DNA of 64,000 nucleotides from contig OZ024745.1 of NCBI GenBank assembly GCA_964016885.1, positions 112,406,001 through 112,470,000 of the forward strand. Direction: 5' to 3'. The position numbers and the translations under genes were made by a program. The notes beneath the pieces were generated by a model. That model ran no database searches. It saw only the letters and a list, made by a program, of their open reading frames with translations, and was not told the DNA's origin. This stretch comes from Eledone cirrhosa. Taxonomy: Eukaryota. Positions 27,697-41,499 of the stretch are shown here, one piece after another; the first letter of the stretch is position 1, and the number at the start of each line of letters is the position of its first letter.

Positions 27697-28806
27697 AATG
27701 TGTCACATCATAAGATGGTGATAAAATAGAATGTGTCACATCATAAGATGGTGTTAAAATAGAATGTCACATCATAAGATGGTGTCAAAATAGCATGTCA
27801 CATCATAAGATGGTGTTAAAATAGAATGTGTCACATCATAAGATGGTGTTAAAATAGAATGTCACATCATAAGATGCTGATAAAATAGAATGTGTCACAT
27901 CATAAGATGGTGTTAAAATAGAATGTCACATCATAAGATGGTGTTAAAATAGCATGTCACATCATAAGATGGTGTTAAAATAGAATGTGTCACATCATAA
28001 GATGGTGTTAAAATAGAATGTCACATCATAAGATGCTGATAAAATAGAATGTCACATCATAAGATGGTGTTAAAATAGAATGTCACATCATAAGATGGTG
28101 ATAAAATAGAATGTGTCACATCATAAGATGGTGTTAAAATAGAATGTCACATCATAAGATGGTGATAAAATAGAATGTGTCACATCATAAGATGGTGATA
28201 AAATAGAATGTCACATCATAAGATGGTGATAAAATAGAATGTGTCACATCATAAGATGGTGATAAAATAGAATGTGTCACATCATAAGATGTGATAAAAT
28301 AGAATGTCACATCATAAGATGGTGATAAAATAGAATGTCACATCATAAGATGGTGATAAAATAGAATGTGTCACATCATAAGATGGTGTTAAAATAGAAT
28401 GTCACATCATAAGATGGTGATAAAATAGAATGTGTCACATCATAAGATGGTGATAAAATAGAATGTCACATCATAAGATGGTGATAAAATAGAATGTGTC
28501 ACATCATAAGATGGTGATAAAATAGAATGTGTCACATCATAAGATGGTGATAAAATAGAATGTCACATCATAAGATGGTGATAAAATAGAATGTCACATC
28601 ATAAGATGGTGATAAAATAGAATGTCACATCATAAGATGGTGATAAAATAGAATGTGTCACATCATAAGATGCTGATAAAATAGAATGTCACATCATAAG
28701 ATGGTGATAAAATAGAATGTCACATCATAAGATGGTGATAAAATAGAATGTGTCACATCATAAGATGGTGATAAAATAGAATGTCACATCATGAGATGGT
28801 GATAAA
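27697..28806. repeat. Minisatellite, 31/33-bp unit GAATGT(GT)CACATCATAAGATGGTG(A/T)TAAAATA, about 35 copies
   Basis: Head-to-tail near-identical units with no spacers. Confidence 0.96.
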
Positions 28807-28979
28807 ATTTGTTTTTTCGACTCATGTCATAAGTAACTCATAGCGCCTGTAGAAAAACTGAAGTCTCCTTGCATAAATGATATATTCTCACGATTAAATT
28901 GTCAAACCAACGCTAGTAAGCTTTCTCATATAAACTGTCAACAAAAAAAAATGCGCACACACGCACATACATACATACA

Positions 28980-29066
<87 letters not shown>

Positions 29067-29085
29067 GGAGAGAAAGAAAGAGACA

Positions 29086-29141
<56 letters not shown>

Positions 29142-29145
29142 AGTG

Positions 29146-29216
<71 letters not shown>

Positions 29217-29271
29217 TGTGTGTATATATATATTATATTATATTATAATATATATATATATATATATTAAA

Positions 29272-29313
<42 letters not shown>

Positions 29314-29322
29314 TATAATATA

Positions 29323-29360
<38 letters not shown>

Positions 29361-29367
29361 ACATATA

Positions 29368-29433
<66 letters not shown>

Positions 29434-29517
29434 CACGGATGTATATATATATATATATATATGCGGCTCCCTCTTTTTCTCTCTTTCACTCTCTTTCTCT
29501 ATATATACATATATATG

Positions 29518-30480
29518 TATTGGGCTGGAGTGTTTTTCAAAAGCAGGTATTTTGGTAGATATTTCTGGAAATGGTGAAGGTTGCGCATGCGCACATATAT
29601 AAGAAGTGACGCTGGTAAGCATTATGTGCATTTCTCGTTTTCTGTTACGCCGACGAAGGGGGAGCAACACGGATTTATCCAAGTCGTTTATTCGTGACTG
29701 TTTACTAGAAGTCTTCAAATGTGGCCTGAGCGCAACAGCATAGAGTCCTTGCATTAACAATACATTTGGGTCGCGTACCAAGTCTGAATGCAGTGCCAGA
29801 GACTGGTTCACTGGCTTCCGTTCCGGTGATTACAGCCATAAACATCAACCTCGTTTAGGATGTCCATCCAACTTTAATGACGTCAACTGTGTGAGCTGGT
29901 GGAAGCCGAACCACGCCAGACATCACGTCAAATCTCCGAAGTGCTTAGGGCATCGAAAACAGCCATCCTCAATCACTTGCATGTAACAAAGTTAGTGCGC
30001 CACAACGGCTAGCAAAGACAGGCCTCCACCCTCGCAAGGGCCTTCTAGTGGAAAGGTGTCATCCTCAACGAGATGCTTCCATTGAACACCAGCATAACCT
30101 CCGACGTCTGTTGACAACAACTTGACAGATGAATGACGAAAATCGCACAGGTGAGCCCACCCATCGTCCTGTTTGATTCCTTCATGATAACACTCGGCCA
30201 AATACATCAAGGATGACCCGTAAGAAGCTTCTGGGGCTTGGTTGGAAAGTTCTACCCCACCTGCTGTATTCACCGGACTTCGGGTCTACAGACTAACCCC
30301 TTTTTCGCTCAATGAGCAATACAATGCAGTGAAAGACCTTCCCCAATGAAGACCAGTTAAATCTGTGGCTGACTGAATTATTTGCATCGAAGCCAGAATA
30401 ATTCTACAGGGATGGAATCGTGTGCTTTTCTAAACGATGGCAGACGATAATCGCAGATGATGGCAAGCATATTAAAGATA
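29518..30480 (+). mobile_element. Degenerate mariner (Tc1/mariner) transposon
   Basis: [11 protein letters not shown]...PRLGCP (HTH region), LHDNTRP, GWKVLPHLLYSPDF.STD*.LFRSMSN, FYRDGI...RWQ; starts with TIR-like TATTGGGCTGG. Confidence 0.85.
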
Positions 30481-30836
30481 GTCATAAAAATATATTTAAA
30501 AAATTATGATACATTTATTTATAAAAACATATCACAAGATTATTTACAAAACATTGAATGATTTACAAGTAATTATCATTATTTCGGAATTACCCTTCAT
30601 CATGATATACATATAAAAAGAACGACCTCTTATTCAAACACTCTTTCCTCGTTTACCAATTAAAGCGGTGCGATAGACACCTTGTCCCGCCGCTCACTTT
30701 CACTTGTTATTCACTCTCTGTATATCGATTGATAGCCTCCTACTTCCACACTTATTCCTTAACACGACAAGTGAAGAAAAGCACTAAACATGTGTCATAT
30801 ATATATGTGTGTGTGTGTGTGTGGTTGCGTGTGCGT

Positions 30837-30913
<77 letters not shown>

Positions 30914-30985
30914 TGATGGTAGCTAAGATGCTTCCATAGGCGGTATGCCGGTTGAGCACTCTATGCTCCTATAGAGCAGAGTATG

Positions 30986-31283
30986 ATAGAATAGAAAACA
31001 AAAAAATCAGTGATGCCTCTGAACTCAATTTATTGTGTGTTACAATTGTTTCGCCGGCGGACAGCTCGAGACGCGATCATTGTGTGGATCTGTCTGACTC
31101 TGGACCCCGCAGGTTCGACGGACACGTCTAATGATTTCGGAGCATATTCTCTCACTGGGGTATCTTACCAGAATCAGACAGATCCACACAATGATCGCGT
31201 CTCGAGCTGTCCGGCGGCGAAACAATTGTAACACAATAAATTGAGTTCAGATGCATCACTGATTTTTTCGTTTTCTATTCTAT
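30986..31283. repeat. Fold-back palindrome, ~117-bp arms with 64-nt loop, ending in TA repeats
   Basis: 30986-31103 is a near reverse complement of 31168-31283; a related arm sequence lies at ~61295-61387. Confidence 0.92.
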
Positions 31284-31410
31284 ATATATATGGTATTAGG
31301 ATATTTTAATTAAGCACACGGTATATTACCAAATATACTATACATACATTCATATATATATATATAATAACACAGTTGAAAATTGCAAACTCGACTGTCA
31401 CCACATATCA

Positions 31411-31449
31411 TGAACCTGAAGATTGCAAAAGCATGAAAGTACTTGTTCA
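31411..31449 (+). ncRNA. Minimal type I hammerhead ribozyme motif
   Basis: TGAAC CTGAAGA t-tgc-aaaa-gca-t GAAA gtac T T GTTCA: 5-bp stem I, short stem II, palindromic stem III AGTACT, predicted cleavage after CUU. Confidence 0.7.
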
Positions 31450-31568
31450 ATTAACACTTAGAATTTAATATTCTATCATACTATTTCATTATAATACCAT
31501 ATTATATATATTTTAAAGGATTGTAAATAAAACGAGTAAATCAGACAAAGTTGGAATTCCTCTTATTA

Positions 31569-31616
<48 letters not shown>

Positions 31617-31618
<2 letters not shown>

Positions 31619-31765
31619 CGAAAAATGGAACGGGAACAAAACAGAGAGGCAGTACGAACAAAGGTTTATTAGTTTCACGCTCTTGAGAGTGGGGTGGCGG
31701 TGGGGAACGACGTTTCGGGCATAAGCCCTTCTTCAGGCGAAAAGTGTGTGGGAAGAGAGTTCCAT
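31617..31765 (-). mobile_element. Penelope-like terminal remnant with minimal hammerhead motif (31709-31736)
   Basis: Minus strand CTGAAGA A GGGC ttat GCCC GAAAC GTC, then AATAAA and a 3' end abutting (TA)n; second copy at 53855-54022. Confidence 0.72.
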
Positions 31766-32936
31766 ATACAAAAGGATAGAGCAAGAGTGCCCCAAAGAGC
31801 AAAAAAAAAAAACGATTTTAAAATGTTGTATACTTATAATGGTTTTTAATTTTGACGCAAGGCCAGCAATTCTAGAGTAACTGAAAGTTGATTATATCAA
31901 CCTAGTATTTGATTAGTTCTTTTTTTTATCGGCCCCAGAAGGATGAAAAGCAAAGTTACTTTTACGAGATTTGGACCCAGAATTAAAGAGCCGGTACAAA
32001 TGCCACAAAGCGTTTTGTCAGATGCTCTAACGATTCTGTGAAACCTCAGCCATAATGTTGTATAAATATAATGCGAATGGAATCTGTTTTGTATATTGTA
32101 ACACATTTACGAATAGAGTAGTTAGAGAAATAGTATAATAGTATATAACCTGATTAGAAAGGTTTGTAAATCTCCTCTAAAGCGCACTTTACCGTCTTAA
32201 AACGCTATTAGATTATGTACTTGACGGTATTATATAGTATATTATATATATAGTTAAGACACAGAATGTGGATATAACTGGAAGACCCTTGATCAAGACT
32301 GACTGTGTGTTAAACAACTATAAGAACAACAATATGATTAACATAAATATATCAACACTAAAGTTTCGTATAGGTGGTATAAATATATCAATATTAAAGT
32401 CTAATCACAATGACAAGGCAGCGAATTAACAGAGTCGTTAGAGCGTCGAAGTTCTTTGCGTTAGACCAAGGTCAACTTTGCTTTTTATCCCTCAAGAGTC
32501 GATAAATACAGTACTAATCTTGTAATGAGATCGATTATTTTTTTCTCCTCTTCTCAGTATGTTGGTCACTTAGATAAATCAGTTGGAGTCAGACCTGAAG
32601 GAGAATGGGCTTTCGCCAAGTTTAAAATAACCGTGGCGTCATGGTGGCGCTTCTACAACTCCACTAGGGTTAAGGGCTCAAGGAATGAAGAACATCAATG
32701 ATATAAATATTTCAGCATGAAAAACTCTCTGAATCGGAGCTAGCGATAACATTGTCAGATTGGATGTATTTAAATTAGAATAAAAGAAGAGATAAACATA
32801 ATGATTCTTGCGGAACAGTTTAACACGAATTATATGATGATGTATGCCAATGTTTGGTTTAACTGGCAATACAATGAATGATAATTGTCGTCTGCTGACA
32901 GCTCATAATAACAAAGGTTTGGTGCCAGCACTATTG

Positions 32937-32991
<55 letters not shown>

Positions 32992-33026
32992 TTGTTTGTA
33001 TGTATTATATATATGCATATATATAT

Positions 33027-33190
<164 letters not shown>

Positions 33191-33349
33191 ATGTATATGA
33201 ATGAGTGTGTGTGTTGTTTGTGGGTTCGCGTACCAAGTAATATTTTGACCTTTCTGAACGGTAAGCAATTTCTTTTGCTTTCTGCCAAAATTCAGAAATG
33301 TTTCTGTTATACAATGTTTTTACCATTCTTTATACCATGCCAATCTCTA

Positions 33350-33515
33350 TCAAGCAGGTCTATGATCAAAGGTATTCCACTTTTGAGCACCCCGTCTTTT
33401 TTAGCTATATTTAGAACACGTTAATAAATATACCCTACCAGTTAAGAAGGAATGTAAGTTTTGGAAGATTTGGCTATTATTTCTAGCAGGTCACTCGACC
33501 ACATAGAGGCTCCTT
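33350..33515 (+). mobile_element. Unclassified interspersed repeat (tatgatcaaagg.attcca... / ttggctgctatttctagcaggtc)
   Basis: Related pieces at ~17780-18020, 23540-23740, 39420-39720 (minus) and 63720-63790. Confidence 0.55.
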
Positions 33516-34029
33516 GTATAAGTTGGACAACTATGTGAATTTAGTGAGCTAGCTCTCAATGACTTATGACCATGACGATGCAGCTTTGATTTTGTGCTGA
33601 ATTCACTTCGATTCCTTAACTCTTCTAATGTTAATTAAGATGCACATGTACAGCACATAATCTTCACCTACCTTATAAATGTGTAACATTTTGGCTTACA
33701 TATGCAATTATGACATTTATAGTCCTTTCCTCTACTTTCCCATACAGTTAGATTTACCTTTTTTTGCCCCTTCCTCTTTTTTACTCATTATTTAATTTTA
33801 TTTTTAACTTTCTTTTTCACATCTATCCAATTATCAATGGTTTTAAAGCCAACTTCGTGAATTTAATTTGAATAAAATTTCTGTTTTATGCAATCAACTA
33901 TTTGTAAGCTATTTGAAAACGAGAGAAACTTTACCTGGTAACTCGACCTTTAGAAATAGTAGCCAAATCTCCCGTAAACCTCGATGGCTGACCTTAGTTT
34001 TACTGGTAGCCCAGACAAGCTGATTTTCG

Positions 34030-34470
34030 ATGTGAAAGTGACAAAAAGATCTGGTTTTCCAAATGTCCTGACATATGTCATAGCATGTTGTGTTCGTTCG
34101 TGCATGTATCGAGGACCACCTGTGAATGATGATGGAAGGATTATAAGCCCCATGTTTTCAATATCACCATTTGTCATCAGAGCATCTTGGAAATGAACAT
34201 AATTTTCAGCCCTTAACTTTTTTTTATTGTTACGAATGTAGAGGAAACAATCACTCTCAACTTTAGCATATCAACCAGGTATTGATGAAATAGATCACGA
34301 TATATGCGTAATCGACTTGGTTGTTCTGGTCTTAACATCAGTTGGTAAGAATAGAAATCATTTGATGACACATTTTTGTTGGTAATTGGCTCTCCTGCTG
34401 CAGGTTCAATCTGAGGAATAGTGAAATGATACCCATCTTGTCCATTCCACAAAATAAGAGGGATGAGTCT
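34030..34470 (-). pseudogene. Helitron Rep/helicase fragment (Helitron_like_N region)
   Basis: PLILWNGQDGYH, VSSNDFYSYQLM, LFHQYLVDM and IILPSSFTGGPRYMHERTQHAMTYVRTFGKPDLFVTFT. Confidence 0.9.
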
Positions 34471-34486
34471 CTGAAACACGTTAAAT

Positions 34487-35119
34487 ATTATGCCACCCTT
34501 TCTAGCCTCTCTCCTCCCGTAGTTATGTCACCCTTTCTAGTCTCCCTCCTCCCGTAGTTATGCCACCCTTTCTAGCCCTCCTCCGTCCGTAGTTATGCCA
34601 CCCTTTCTAGCCCCCCTCCGTCTGTAGTATTGCCACCCTTTCTAACCACTTCCACCGTAGTTATGTCACCCTTTCTAGCCTCTCTCCTCCCGTAGTTATG
34701 TCACCCTTTCTAGTCTCCCTCCTCCCGAGGTTATGCCACCCTTTCTAGCCCCCCTCCTCCCGTAGTTATGTCACCCTTTCTAGCCTCTCTCCTCCCGAGG
34801 TTATGTCACCCTTTCTAGCCCCTTCTCCTCCCGTAGTTATGTCACCCTTTCTAGCCTCTCTCCTCCCGTAGTTATGTCACCCTTTCTAGCCTCTCTCCTC
34901 CCGAGGTTATGTCACCCTTTCTAGCCCCTTCTCCTCCCGTAGTTATGTCACCCTTTCTAGCCTCCCTCCTCCCGTAGTTATGTCACCCTTTCTAGCCCCC
35001 CTCCGTCCGTAGTTATGCCTCCCTTTCTAGCCCCCCTCCGTCTGTAGTATTGCCACCCTTTCTAACCACTTCCACCGTAGTTACGCCACCCTTTCTAGCC
35101 TCCTTCCGCCCGTTGTTAT
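34487..35119. repeat. ~32-35-bp minisatellite CCGTAGTTATG(T/C)CACCCTTTCTAGCC... adjacent to the Helitron relic
   Basis: About 19 tandem units by eye. Confidence 0.92.
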
Positions 35120-35700
35120 ACTATGGAACTGGGGAGCTTCAGTGACACAGTATGGAAATATGGAATTAAGGTAACCCCCCTATGTCAGTGGGGAAATAGT
35201 GTGGAAAATATAGCTCTTTGAAGCTAGTGCCGCAGTATGGCACGTCGGCTCTAGGGTGCCGTACTAAGGCACTGCGGAGCTAGGGTGGCACAATATGGAC
35301 TTGGGGAGAGTCAGTGACACAGTATGGAAATATGGAGTTATGGTGACACCCCCCCCCCCCCCCCCCCCACACACGGCAATGGTGAAATAGTGTGGAAAAT
35401 ATGGCACTTTGAAGCAAGGGTGCCGCACTATAGCACTACGGAGCTAGAGTGGCCCACTATGGCACTGGGAAGCTTGAATGACACAGTATGGAAATATGGA
35501 ACTAGGATTTCGCAGTATGGCAATGGGGAAATAGGGTGGAAAAATACGGCACGTCGGAGCTAGGGTGCCGCACTATGGCACTGTGAATCACTATGGAACT
35601 GGCGAGCTTCAGTGACACAGTATAGAAATATGGAGTTAGGGTAACTCCCTATGGCAATGGCGAGATAGTGTGGTAGAATATGGCACTTTGAAGCTAGTGT
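35120..35700. repeat. Four imperfect tandem units of ~135-170 bp
   Basis: Units start near 35120, 35292, 35456 and 35590 with (a)ctatgg....TGACACAGTATRGAAATATGGA. Confidence 0.85.
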
Positions 35701-36834
35701 AAGAATAAAATGTGTATCACATTATATAACCTTCAAAGAACAGATCAAACGCAGCATCAGAGAGAGAAGAAGGAGAGAGTGAAAGAGGGAGAAAGATGGA
35801 GAGATTTTATCCTTGTTACTAGCAAATGATTTCGACATATCTTTGTTACATGCATTGAATGGAAGAACGGTGAGTGAGAGAAAGTCTGAAGGGTTCCGTT
35901 GATCTGCAGATGTAACAACATTTTCCCAATAAATTGAAGAATATTAACAAATCAAAAGTTGATAAAACACACGCGTTCAACTAAAACATAAAAAAAATAC
36001 TTTTAAAAAATCTATCATTTTGAGATATTATTTTTTTTATTGATAAAATTGCTAAAGAATTTAACTGTCATGTGTCATGGACGGCTGTAAATATATTTTT
36101 ATAAGGTGCAGTTTATTTCTCTCTCGTTGTCACATTTATAGGTATCTTCATCATTATTCTAAAAGCAACCTACAGATTAGGCATGACATCCTTTAACTGG
36201 TTATTTTTGATAAATCAAACAGCTTCTATCGGAAGTTCTACGCCTTTAGGACATAACTCTTTTGCAATATCTATCTTGTTCAGCAAAGAGAACACATCCG
36301 TTAATACTACTATTTTTTTTTTTGGTGTGTGTGTATGGCGGGGGGGGGGGGGGGGGGACTATATATTATCCCCCAACGCTTGACATGCTAATCTCATATT
36401 TTTATTTGGAGAATCTTTTATGTAATTTAAAAATCCCCATGTGTTATTGGAACTTTATAATAAATCTTTTCGATTAAAAATTACTACCTGTGTCAAGTAT
36501 TATATTGAATACATTATTTTAAAATCTTTGTTCGGTGTTATCTGTATTTTCGATGCACGTACACGTATATTCAAACTGCTTTTTTCTGTGTATTCTTTTT
36601 TCTTTTAAAGTTGGGCTTTCAATCTAATTCTGTAGCTTAACCCATTTGCTGATGCTAGTGCTCTCTCATGATAATCAATTAAGTAATTAGTGTCATTATC
36701 CATTATTGTATTTGCGGTAAGCAGTTCCATTGAGAAACTCCTCATAGTTTTGCTGACCTTCCGCTACTACTGCTCACATGCGCAACATTTTAAATTACGC
36801 TTCAATCCACTGATCAGGAATACAAGTAGCCAAA

Positions 36835-37231
36835 ATAGGTTTCTCCGAAGGGTTTAGGAGTAACGTTACTTGATATGGTACATAGCTCGGAGATCAGAGA
36901 GCTACTTCAGGTAGAGCAGCGACTTCTTCGAATTGGGAGGTCATAGTTCTGATATTACGGGTGTGTGGTTAGAATGTCTCAGGGAAAGAGTCGCTAGACA
37001 GATTTTACGGGCAAAATCAACCGGCAGGAGACCCAGAGATAGACTACGAGCAGGATGGTTGGATAACATCCGTGAGATCGGTTGTTCTGACTTGAGGATC
37101 CAGCCGGATCAATTGGAGACAGTTGTTTCTGACAGGACCTGGTGGAAGGAGTGTATGAGAGCTTTTTCCCTACGCCCGACTCAAGAAGAAGAAGAAGAAG
37201 AAGAAGAAGAAGAAGAAGAAGAAGAAGAAGA
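36835..37231 (+). mobile_element. RTE-clade LINE 3' fragment with (GAA)n tail
   Basis: FLRRV.GVTLLD..SSEIRE.LQVE; ERVARQILRAKSTGRRPR.R...W.DNI; followed by a GAA repeat. Confidence 0.8.
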
Positions 37232-40200
37232 ACTGAGTTCTCTTTCGGTCCAAGTTGCAGACATTGATCTACAAATATGTCATGTTGAGCAATAGCTGAA
37301 TCAATCTCAACCGTCTGGGAGGGCCTGTAAGAGATCTCACAAATTCTGATCTCTTCTGATGAATTTAATTTAAAATAAAATAAATGAAGTGATATAAGAC
37401 CATAAATAGTGTTTACGACATGGTTCAATGAATCTTCCTTCTTTATCCTTCACCTCAGACCTGTTTATATTTATTTCTGGTTATTTTCTTCCACTCATCT
37501 CTCAGATACGTCGTAAATATTTATGGGAGACTGAAAACTATATATTTCTCTCCTTAGTATCTAAAAAGACAAACAAACCCCTGTTTTGCTCCTCGGGGCC
37601 TAACTGAATGTCTGGGAGGAATTAATAAATATTATTAACAGGAATGATGATAATAATCCAACGATCCAAACTTCAGTTACGAAAGAAATATCAAATTATT
37701 AGCAATTTGATATTTCTTTCATACATAATAGCGGATTTATAAGTGAGAGATACAGGCAGTTTGAATTTGGTGCTGAAACCTTAACTGGTATTTATTTTAA
37801 CTACTCTGGGGTGATAAAAAGCAAAATTTACATCAGTAGCATTTGAAAACAGAATGTAGAAGACAAAACTAAATGGTTTCTTGCATTTGAAAATAACCAC
37901 CACTCATTTATAGAAAGATTGTAGAAACGAGTGAATAAAAAAGCACAGAAGAGGTAACTACTTTATCTATTCAAGAGTGATGAAAAGCCAAGTAAATATA
38001 AATTAGATTTAGAAAGGACCAAAAAAATCTCCTGTTTAATATTTTGTCTTGACAAATATCAAATTAGATGTTCATCTTGACAATTTGTAACCTTCAGATT
38101 TATTGATTTGAAAGATGAAGAAAAAGTGAAGCTGTAACTTTCATGCTTTTTGTATAAACTGAAGAGAGAACGCTACCAAAAAGAATAAAATCTAATTTTT
38201 TGACTCGATTAGCTGGTTTCTTATTCCCATATCATGTTGGTTACTTTAAGATTAATGTTAACATTTAAATGACCTTTTAAAAAATAGTCAATCAGAAAAT
38301 ATAGTTATTTGATATGTGTAGGTGGAATAATGTAAAATTACCCTATATTTTTACACCGATCATCTTATTCTGCCAAATATTTGTTGGTGAAATAGAGTAG
38401 TCGGTGAAAATAGATGTCGTTCAATGTACAAAACTGTTTAATTGCCATATTCTAGGTTCGATCTGGCATTGGTGGATAAATATTTCGCCTTTTACTAAAG
38501 AAAAGAAATAGTAAGAACAATTTCATTTCAAACATCCTTAAGAGATACGGATTTGATAATATTCATCAGGGGAGATAAATTACCCCGTGAAAGATCGATA
38601 TCTACAGCTATGGTTTATAAACGGCTTCTGCAATCAGCTTACGAAAAAATATATATATAAATTGCTAAAAAAATTCTAGAAATAAATGAAGTCTATGTGC
38701 TGGTCATGACTTAAATGACGTTTAGAAAAATAATGATTTCTGATTTAGACACAAAGCCAACAATTTTAGGAGAAGGGGAAGTTGATTAAATCGACCCCAG
38801 TACGTAAAGAGCCGTAACTAAATGCTACAATGCATCTCCTCCGACGCTCTAACGATTCTGCCAATTCGCCGATTCTTTTTTAAAATGATAATAAAAATTA
38901 GCCATGGTGTGTTGATTTTGAGACTTGACTATTAATATTTCCTGTGATGTTCATTAGAATATTTGATAAAATGACGGGGATTCTTACAATGTTCAAAATC
39001 TTTATTTTTATGTGATGTCATTGTCAAGGAAATAATTGTTTTATTTGTAATACCACAAAAATAGGCCGTTGTTTATTTTTGTGCTGGAATATTGCCATCA
39101 TTAAACAGTGTTCTATTATAAATAACATGGTATAGTTGTGAGCGACCTCATACAATTGTAAGTTACAGAATAGAGAATACGTTCTTTCACATGATCCTCT
39201 CACGCTAGAAAATGAAAAGGAATATACATGTAATTTTTAGTAGGACGCTATTTCAATAAGAAAACAACAAAATAAAAACATAATTACGCTTGTTTTTTTC
39301 TATGTTAACTTCTGTTAAAATTACAAGTCCATTGTAACTTGTAACTTGTAACGTAACTTGCCTTACTGACACTAAAACGACGCCTTTACATTGTACAGAG
39401 ATTGTACGAAAATATACAAGCTAAAGAGGAAAAACTACGTGATCGCTCCACTTACTACAAATAAATGGCAAATATCCCTAATTTCATTCTCCTACCACCT
39501 GAAACACGGAAGAACATATTGAACAATTAGTTTTTGACTCACTATGACTGGGATGGTCCCAACTGAAACGCTTTTGATAATAGATCTATTCAAACACGGC
39601 TGACCTAGGGCTAAACCGCAACAACGACACCAATGAAATCAGCAGCTCGACCTGCTAGGAAGAGCAGTCGAATTCCCCTCAAATTATGCACCCTACTGTT
39701 TTAAAAAAGGAAGGACTCAATGTATAATGTACTTCAAGATGCAGTATGATTGAATAAAAAACGCAACAAAAGTGTCTTTGATCTCACAGATCTCGTTTAG
39801 GGTTAAACAATTAAAGCAACAACGAAAATATATGTTTATCTTTGTTAGACATGAAACATCGCTTTTTAAGTAGGAAGAAGAAACTGGGAGGCTATTCATT
39901 CATATCATTTTCAAGATCATTGGATATCAAAATTAAAAGGAAAAGGATCAAATTAGGATTCAAAACCAGATCATGACCTAGATTTATGAAGAGATTATTT
40001 CTACTTTACAGCGCTTATACACTATATTAGAAAATTAATGTTATCTTCATGGTAAAGACGTTCTGAAGGCAGATTCTTTGATTGAAAATTAAAATGATTT
40101 ATTTAAGGTAATATTGTTATCAATAACGATTTTTAACATTGGCACAAGACTACACATACTATACGTTAATACTTCAATGATGCTGATGTTATTGACTTTT

Positions 40201-41499
40201 AATGTATGAAAGGCAATGCTGACCCTGGCAAGATTTGAATAGCTTATAGGACAAAAGGCATAACTAAAAACTGCAATATGTTTGATAAGCGCCCCTGTGA
40301 TTCTGTCCCCCACTCTCCCAAAAGCCCTATAATACAAGAAGCAAATTACCAACAAGTCAAATTTACAACACAGTTTCAAATCCCGGTTAAAGCTATTTCA
40401 TCCTCGCTTCGAAATAAATAAAATAAAAGTAATACATGTCTTTCAAATAAAACCGACATTCTTTTTAATGATCATCAAAATTTGTATTGTTCTTTTTTTA
40501 ATTAAATTCTTTGCATTTTTATTTTACAAAGCTGTTTATACAAAAACAAAACAAACTATTAATGGGAACAAAAAAGAAAATGAAAAGAAGAGAAAGAAAA
40601 AGAATCAAATAACGAAAGAAAGGGAGAAGCGGGCAGACACTACAACCCAGTCTGAGTGGTGTCTCAGCCGCGCCCCGTGGACAAAATGGCAAAGGCATTA
40701 TCATGGAGAATGGTTAGAGACATGCACCGTAACAGCCACCACACCTCACGGGGCTCCCTCCTGAAGCGGACTACCATCCTTCCAATTTTGCGGGGGTAAA
40801 TCAGCAGTGCGGGAATTAAGGACACCTGGAGGTCTCGACGGAGACCGGTACAAAGAGGAAGTGGGGCCGGTAATGTTAATACAACTATACAGAAGAGTTC
40901 AGTATTCGTGTGCAGGTTGCTTTCTTGATTTCAAAATTAGTTAGATTTCTGACTGTGTTAATTTTTATGTGGGTTTGTGTGAGTACTAAACACAGAGGCG
41001 TGAAAAAAACTGATTGCTCGCTTGCTTGTATAGTGTGCGCTTACAGTTATGATAAATACATTCATATATAAAATTACATCAAAAGAAAAAAGTATCTTTT
41101 CTTCGATTCTCTCCTGCTTTCATTTAGTTATCTTTCTTCGCCCATTCTGTTTTATTTAATCAATTATTCGTTATCATTCGCATTCGGCTTTCATTTACAT
41201 TTTTCAACTATTACATTTTTTATCATCGTTTTTCACTTTTCGTTTGAAAGCATTCTTCTTCATATTTCGTTTATTTTTGTTTCGTAAAGAAGAAAGACTA
41301 TTATCTGGTCTCGCGCTTCTAAACTCAAATCGAACTAGCAGCAAAGTTTATCGTTAAACTCTCAGAACTAAGAATATACTAACGTCAACATCCACGGTTT
41401 TACACGATCATATCTATGTAAAGAAATAAAAATATTGGACATATTTTTGGAAAATGAAAGACTGTTAAGTCATAGAACTGGTATAGCACATATCAGCTC

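Noticed and set aside
27697-28806. Regular ~32-bp repeat resembling a CRISPR array
   Set aside because: No unique spacers and no cas genes; eukaryotic minisatellite.
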